NCBI GenBank assembly: GCA_963675755.2
Contig: CAXXMD010000003.1
Span: 3,040,001-3,104,000 of the forward strand
DNA: 64,000 bases
Direction: 5' to 3'
DNA from: a bacterium
GTDB lineage: Bacteria; Zhuqueibacterota; Zhuqueibacteria; Residuimicrobiales; Krinioviventaceae
Shown: positions 58,591 to 64,000 of the stretch, in pieces
Position numbering within the stretch: the stretch's first letter is position 1
Layout of the letters: each line of letters starts with the position of its first letter
Notes under the pieces: generated by a model
Databases searched by the model: none
Told to the model about the DNA's origin: nothing
Seen by the model: the letters and a program-made list of their open reading frames with translations, nothing else
Translations under genes and position numbers: made by a program

Positions 58591-60348
58591 ATGAAATTTC
58601 AAAAATTTGGAGTGCTTTTAAAACTTTTGATAGGAATTGTATCAATTATTGTAATAAACATAATAATGACACAGCATTTAAAACTCACTGATACGGGGAA
58701 AGTGAGTTATTCAATGGGGTATTATCTATTACTGACTTTACAGATTCTAATTGCAGGTATTACAATTTCTTTTATTGTATTTCAATTAAATAAAACTATT
58801 GGAATGCTTGACAAGTTGTTAAATGGTGATCTGGATAATGATTTTAAATCAAGTACGAAAGATGAGTTTAGTATTATAGCACAATATTTGAATGATCTGC
58901 AGTTAAAATTAAAAGAAAAAATAACCTGGTATGAAAATATTCTTGATTCAATTCCATTTCCAATCTCTGTTACTGATATGAATATGAAATGGACTTTTAT
59001 TAATAAACCTGTTGAAGATATGCTCAAAGTAAAACGACCCGATGTAATGGGGCAACAGTGTGAAAACTGGAATGCAAATATTTGTAAAACTGAAAATTGT
59101 GGAGTATTTCGTTTACGAAATGGTTTTACTGAAACATTTTTTAAACAGTTTGGGATGGATTTTAAAGTTGATTCTCAATATATACATGACTCAAAAGGAA
59201 AACAAGTTGGACATATTGAAGTTGTACAGGATATTACTTCCTTGTCGAGAATCTCTGAATACTTGAATTCTGAGATAAGTTCATTGTCTGCCGATATACA
59301 ACTCATGGCGCATGGTGATTTAACTGTTGAACCTGTTACAGGTGAGAGTGATGAATATACCCATGATGCACGAAAGACGATATTGCAATTAAATGATGCA
59401 CTATTACATACAATACAAAATATGGGTGAAAAGTTAAGCCAGGTAAAAGCAGCTTCAGACCAGGTAAGTAGTGGTGCTCAGCAGATGGCCCAAGCCAGTC
59501 AATCTTTAGCTCAAGGTGCTTCAGAGCAGGCAAGTAATATTGAAGAGATAACAAGCAGTATGCAGGAAATGGGTGCTATGACAAATCAAAATACAGCAAC
59601 TGCAAAAGAAGCTTTGAATTTATCTCGTGAATCTATTAATACTGCTGAAAAATCTTCAAAAAGTATGCAAAAATTATCAGAAGCAATTCAAAAGATTAAG
59701 GAATCTTCTGATGAAACTTCAAAAATAATAAAAACAATTGACGAAATTGCATTTCAAACCAATTTATTGGCGTTAAATGCCGCAGTAGAAGCAGCTCGTG
59801 CGGGTGAAGCCGGTAAAGGTTTTGCGGTTGTTGCTGAAGAGGTTAGAAATCTTGCTATGCGTAGTGCCGAAGCTGCCCGTGAAACCTCTTTGATGATAGA
59901 AACAGCTATTAACAATTCTGACAATGGTGTTTCTTTGAATGTAGAGGTGACTGAATCACTTCAGGAAATGATCAGCCAGGTAAATAAAATTGAAGAACTT
60001 GTTGAAGAAATATCTTCTGCAAGTAACCAGCAAAAAGAAGGAATTGATCAGGTAAGCGATGCAATGGAACAAATGAGTAATGTTACACAACAAAACTCGG
60101 CCAATTCTGAAGAAACTGCCAGCGTTGCGGAAGAACTTACAAGTCAGGCTGAGGTAATGAAAGAAATGGTGAATGAATTTAAAATAAAGTCAACTCATTC
60201 TGCTTCTACAATAGTAAAATCACAATCTTTTGACCATAATACCAGGATAGCCAAAAGAGATCAGGGTAATCAACAAAATGAAAAATCAATATCGACACCT
60301 GAACAGTTGATTCCATTTGAAGATGATAATGTTTTTAATGAATTTTAA
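58591..60348 (+). CDS. Methyl-accepting chemotaxis protein (2 TM, HAMP-like, PAS)
   Basis: [40 protein letters not shown]; PAS segment [13 protein letters not shown]; C-terminal pentapeptide VFNEF. Confidence 0.95.
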   Translation: MKFQKFGVLLKLLIGIVSIIVINIIMTQHLKLTDTGKVSYSMGYYLLLTLQILIAGITISFIVFQLNKTIGMLDKLLNGDLDNDFKSSTKDEFSIIAQYLNDLQLKLKEKITWYENILDSIPFPISVTDMNMKWTFINKPVEDMLKVKRPDVMGQQCENWNANICKTENCGVFRLRNGFTETFFKQFGMDFKVDSQYIHDSKGKQVGHIEVVQDITSLSRISEYLNSEISSLSADIQLMAHGDLTVEPVTGESDEYTHDARKTILQLNDALLHTIQNMGEKLSQVKAASDQVSSGAQQMAQASQSLAQGASEQASNIEEITSSMQEMGAMTNQNTATAKEALNLSRESINTAEKSSKSMQKLSEAIQKIKESSDETSKIIKTIDEIAFQTNLLALNAAVEAARAGEAGKGFAVVAEEVRNLAMRSAEAARETSLMIETAINNSDNGVSLNVEVTESLQEMISQVNKIEELVEEISSASNQQKEGIDQVSDAMEQMSNVTQQNSANSEETASVAEELTSQAEVMKEMVNEFKIKSTHSASTIVKSQSFDHNTRIAKRDQGNQQNEKSISTPEQLIPFEDDNVFNEF

Positions 60349-60442
60349 AAATTTATAAATCGAGGATCCATAATAGAAGATACCAGAGAACCTGATTTAC
60401 TGTTTATCTCCATCTAGAAATATGGTGTTTTGATTGTTACAT

Positions 60443-60472
60443 AAAGGCTGTTTCATTAGAGACAGCCTTTTT
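60443..60472 (+). terminator. Intrinsic terminator
   Basis: AAAGGCTGTTTC-ATTA-GAGACAGCCTTTTT. Confidence 0.85.
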
Positions 60473-60616
60473 AGTTTCTAATGAATATTCTTTCTTTCCT
60501 GTTCCAGGGGAATTTTTTCAAATTTTTAAAACAAAAAAAATGAATCATTGTACAAGAAGCTTTTCAAATTCCTTAAAAACAATTTGTTAATTGATTGATT
60601 GCTATTGTATTTGTAT

Positions 60617-60631
60617 TGGCATAATTGTTGT
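60617..60631 (+). promoter_or_regulatory. Sigma54-like -24/-12 element, copy 2
   Basis: TGGCATAATTGTTGT. Confidence 0.7.
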
Positions 60632-60811
60632 TATAATTACCATTGAGTATTGTAAAACAATCATTCCAAATACTAGATTTTGAATTTTTTTTATACCTTT
60701 CAATTCAAAATCTTGACTGCAGTAAGAAAATGTGATAATACAACTAGAAATTTATTTTGATTTTGAGAAATCAAAGATTAACACGCTATTGTGCAGAAGG
60801 GACATGTCAAA

Positions 60812-62575
60812 ATGAAACTAGAAAAGAGCGGGGTCCTGTTACGACTTGGTGCGGGATTTTTATCAATAATTTTGATCAATTTTTTTATGATCCAACAACT
60901 GGAACCAACAGAAACCGGAGAGTGGGAGCTTTCATTGGTTTTTTATTTATTGCTGGCTTTGCAGGTTTTAATTGCAGGTATTGTTTTGTTTTCAATTGTT
61001 TCACCTTTAAAGAAAACGATTGCCATGCTGGATACACTTTTAACGGGTGATCTTGATGATGAGTTTAAATCAAATAATAAAGACGAGTTTGGTTTAATTG
61101 CTCGATATATAAATGATCTTCAGGATAAAATTAAAGAACGTATTGTTTGGTATCAAAATATTCTCGATGCTTTGCCCTTTCCTGTATCTGTAACAGATAT
61201 GAATATGAAATGGACGTTTATCAATAAAGCTGTTGAAGATATGATCAGTCAGAAACGCGATCAGGTATTGGGTAAAAGTTGTAATAACTGGAATACAGCT
61301 GCTTGTAAAACAGAGAATTGTCCCTTGCATCGTTTACAGAATGGTGAAAAACAGACACTATTAGAATTGTATGGTTTTAATTTCAGCGCAGAATCAGCAT
61401 ATGTACATGATCCCAAGGGCAAAACAATTGGTATGATGGAAGTTTTGGTAGATGTTACAAAATCAACGCGAATTAATAATTATCTTGATCATGAGATTAA
61501 TACATTATCTGAAGATTTGATACGAATGTCGCAAGGTGATTTGACTGTTATCCCTGTAACAGAAGATGGTGACGAGTATACTAAAAAAACCCGGGAATCA
61601 ATATTAAAATTGAACAATTCATTGACACAGACTATTCGCAATATGGCAGAAAAGCTTGAACAAGTCAAAGCCGCTTCAGATCAGGTTAGCAGTGGTGCTC
61701 ATCAGATGGCGCAGGCAAGCCAATCATTGGCACAGGGTGCTTCTGAACAGGCAAGTAATATTGAAGAGGTTTCAAGCAGTATGCAGGAGATGAGTGCTAT
61801 GACAAGTCAAAATACTGCCACTGCAAAGGCAGCTTTAAACTTGTCGCGTGAATCCCGTGATACTGCTGAAAAATCATCGTCCAGAATGGAAAAACTATCA
61901 GAAGCAATACAAAGAATAAAATCATCGTCTGATGAAACCTTTAAGATTATTAAAACAATTGATGAAATAGCATTTCAAACCAATCTTTTGGCATTAAACG
62001 CTGCGGTAGAAGCGGCTCGTGCAGGTGAAGCCGGTAAAGGATTTGCCGTTGTTGCGGAAGAAGTACGTAACCTGGCAATGAGAAGTGCGGATGCAGCACG
62101 TGAAACATCTGACATGATAGAAGCTGCTATTAACAACTCGGATGATGGAGTTAAATTGAATTTAGAGGTTACCGAGTCCTTGCAGGAGATGATAAATCAG
62201 GTTAATAAAATAGAAGAACTGGTTGATGAAATTGCATCAGCAAATGAACAACAAAAAGACGGCATTGATCAGGTGAGCAATGCAATGGAACAGATGAGTA
62301 ATGTTACGCAACAAAACTCGGCAAATTCTGAAGAAACAGCCAGTGTTGCTGAAGAGCTTACAAGTCAGGCTGAGGTTATGAAAGAGATGGTTTCCGAGTT
62401 TAAAATAAATTCAAACCAACCAGTATCTGCACCTGTTAAACCACAATCATCAAACGGTAATGGTAAGCATAATTTTAATGTACCAAAGGTTGAGATACAA
62501 ACAAAAAAAGTAGAAACAGTAAAGTCTCCTGAACAGTTGATCCCATTTGACGAAGATGCTTTTGATGGATTTTAG
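60812..62575 (+). CDS. Methyl-accepting chemotaxis protein, paralogue 2
   Basis: Same architecture as paralogue 1. ATG at 60812 aligns with the paralogue starts; C-terminal AFDGF. Confidence 0.95.
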   Translation: MKLEKSGVLLRLGAGFLSIILINFFMIQQLEPTETGEWELSLVFYLLLALQVLIAGIVLFSIVSPLKKTIAMLDTLLTGDLDDEFKSNNKDEFGLIARYINDLQDKIKERIVWYQNILDALPFPVSVTDMNMKWTFINKAVEDMISQKRDQVLGKSCNNWNTAACKTENCPLHRLQNGEKQTLLELYGFNFSAESAYVHDPKGKTIGMMEVLVDVTKSTRINNYLDHEINTLSEDLIRMSQGDLTVIPVTEDGDEYTKKTRESILKLNNSLTQTIRNMAEKLEQVKAASDQVSSGAHQMAQASQSLAQGASEQASNIEEVSSSMQEMSAMTSQNTATAKAALNLSRESRDTAEKSSSRMEKLSEAIQRIKSSSDETFKIIKTIDEIAFQTNLLALNAAVEAARAGEAGKGFAVVAEEVRNLAMRSADAARETSDMIEAAINNSDDGVKLNLEVTESLQEMINQVNKIEELVDEIASANEQQKDGIDQVSNAMEQMSNVTQQNSANSEETASVAEELTSQAEVMKEMVSEFKINSNQPVSAPVKPQSSNGNGKHNFNVPKVEIQTKKVETVKSPEQLIPFDEDAFDGF

Positions 62576-62597
62576 GGATAACAAGAGGTAAATAATT

Positions 62598-62631
62598 GGG
62601 GCTATTTCAGAAATTGAAATGGCCCTTTTTT
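62598..62631 (+). terminator. Intrinsic terminator
   Basis: GGGGCTATTTCA-GAAAT-TGAAATGGCCCTTTTTT. Confidence 0.8.
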
Positions 62632-62903
62632 ATATGTCACATATGTATATTTGATTAATTAGAATTGGTTCCGCAAAATATCTGGCACATCCCCCAAAAT
62701 ATAAATTATTTTTAAGAGAAATGTTAGTAGAGATTAATTGAAAGCTTACTTGATTTGATCTTGTTATGTTAAAAATTACCTTTATTGTGGAAAAAGTTCC
62801 TTACATAAAAATGATAAAAAATGAGTACATAATGTGGTTCTTTGCAATTTTCTGTAAAATAAGAGTTTATGTTTGCTGCGTTTTAAAGTTTTTGTGATAA
62901 AAA

Positions 62904-62918
62904 TGGCATAATTGTTGT
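62904..62918 (+). promoter_or_regulatory. Sigma54-like -24/-12 element, copy 3
   Basis: TGGCATAATTGTTGT. Confidence 0.7.
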
Positions 62919-63113
62919 AGTTCAGATTTATTAGTCATCTAGTCTGATATTATAGGAGAAAATTTTTTTGATCCAAGTTTTTTAGTTATAGTTTTTGATT
63001 CTTACCTATTAATCTTGCTTGTATTTTCTGCAAACGAACCTGTGTACTTGCTGCTTTAATTTAACATCTTTTATAGAAAGTATAAAGGCCTTAACTTTAG
63101 AGGAATAAATTTA

Positions 63114-64000
63114 ATGAATTTCAAAGAGAACGGGGTATTAATACGTCTTGGGGCCAGTATTTTAGCTATTATATTTTTAAATATTATAATGGTACATCAA
63201 ATAAACGCATCTGAATCCGGTGAACTTTTATCATCTTTTACATTTTATCTAATTCTAATATTACAGATTATTATCGGAGCTATAGCAATTTTTTCTGTAA
63301 CAATACCATTAAAGAAAACTATGAGGATGCTGGATGTTTTATTAAACGGAGACTTGGATGATGATTTTAAAAGCAGCATCCAAGATGAATTTGGAATAAT
63401 TGCTCAATACATTAACGATCTTCAAAGAAAAATTAAGGATAGAATCGTTTGGTATCAGAATATTCTTGATGCATTACCATTTCCTGTTTCTGTAACAGAT
63501 ATGAATATGAAATGGTCTTTTATCAATAAAGCTGTTGAAGAAATGATCAATAAAAAGAGAGACCAGGTTATAGGGCAACCTTGTAATAACTGGAATACAG
63601 CTGCCTGTAATACAGAAAATTGTCCGCTAGATCGACTCAAAGCAGGGCAATCCCAATCTTTTTTAGAGCTTTATGGTTTAAATTTAAAAGCAGAGGCAGC
63701 ATATGTTCATGATGCTTCCGGGGTAAAAATTGGTATGATGGAAGTATTGATTGATGTGACAGAGATTGCTCGGGTATCAGATTATATGCAAAATGAGATT
63801 AATACATTATCAAAAGAACTGGTTCGTATGTCAAAAGGTGATCTGACAATTACTCCTGTGCCTGGTGAAGGTGATGAATATACACATGAAACCCGTGAAA
63901 CAATGTTGATATTGAACAACGCCTTGCTCCAAACTCTTGATAATCTTAACGAAAAACTGCAGCAAGTCAATGCGGCTTCTGATCAGGTTAGTAGTGGTGC
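63114..64000 (+). CDS. Methyl-accepting chemotaxis protein, paralogue 3 (3'-truncated; missing from the ORF track)
   Basis: Manual translation MNFKENGVLIRLGASILAIIFLN...[22 protein letters not shown]...AASDQVSSG is collinear with paralogues 1 and 2. GAGG RBS. Confidence 0.92.
   Translation, partial: MNFKENGVLIRLGASILAIIFLNIIMVHQINASESGELLSSFTFYLILILQIIIGAIAIFSVTIPLKKTMRMLDVLLNGDLDDDFKSSIQDEFGIIAQYINDLQRKIKDRIVWYQNILDALPFPVSVTDMNMKWSFINKAVEEMINKKRDQVIGQPCNNWNTAACNTENCPLDRLKAGQSQSFLELYGLNLKAEAAYVHDASGVKIGMMEVLIDVTEIARVSDYMQNEINTLSKELVRMSKGDLTITPVPGEGDEYTHETRETMLILNNALLQTLDNLNEKLQQVNAASDQVSSG

Noticed and set aside
60757-61050. 97-aa ORF overlapping the start of MCP paralogue 2
   Set aside because: It is an out-of-frame overlap with a conserved paralogous CDS.
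1-64000. CRISPR array, rRNA, IS elements, recoded stop codons
   Set aside because: I saw no regularly spaced repeats, rRNA-like tracts or transposase ORFs, and the genes are full-length under the standard code.

Overview
An AT-rich bacterial chromosomal segment. Three secreted proteins end in a QNYPNPFNx/FlgD-Ig-type C-terminal domain, and there is a GWxTD-family protein and a TonB receptor without SusD. Together these suggest an FCB-group lineage such as KSB1 or Calditrichota (inference only). In order, the window holds: a 5'-truncated giant Ig-repeat surface protein; an mscS-tamA-tamB-lipoprotein run; tRNA-Gly(CCC); ackA; a response regulator; a C69 peptidase; an MBL/beta-CASP nuclease; cmoAB; a regulator/TonB receptor/secreted protein locus; a cluster of two glutamate dehydrogenases flanking a REC-PPDK_N protein; xylulokinase; slyD; a TPR-GWxTD protein; two phage/eCIS tail-tube homologues; transporters; a GH2-like protein; a cytochrome bd-like/cytochrome c pair; an M3 peptidase; and three tandem PAS chemoreceptors that share a sigma54-like promoter. 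The standout is the orphan tandem pair of contractile-injection-system tube (gp19/Afp1-like) genes. Each has gained an N-terminal Sec-type signal peptide, and no sheath, baseplate or phage gene lies in the window. This suggests a domesticated, exported tube or filament system. No CRISPR array, rRNA, integrase or transposase was seen. All family calls are by eye from motifs; no searches were run.
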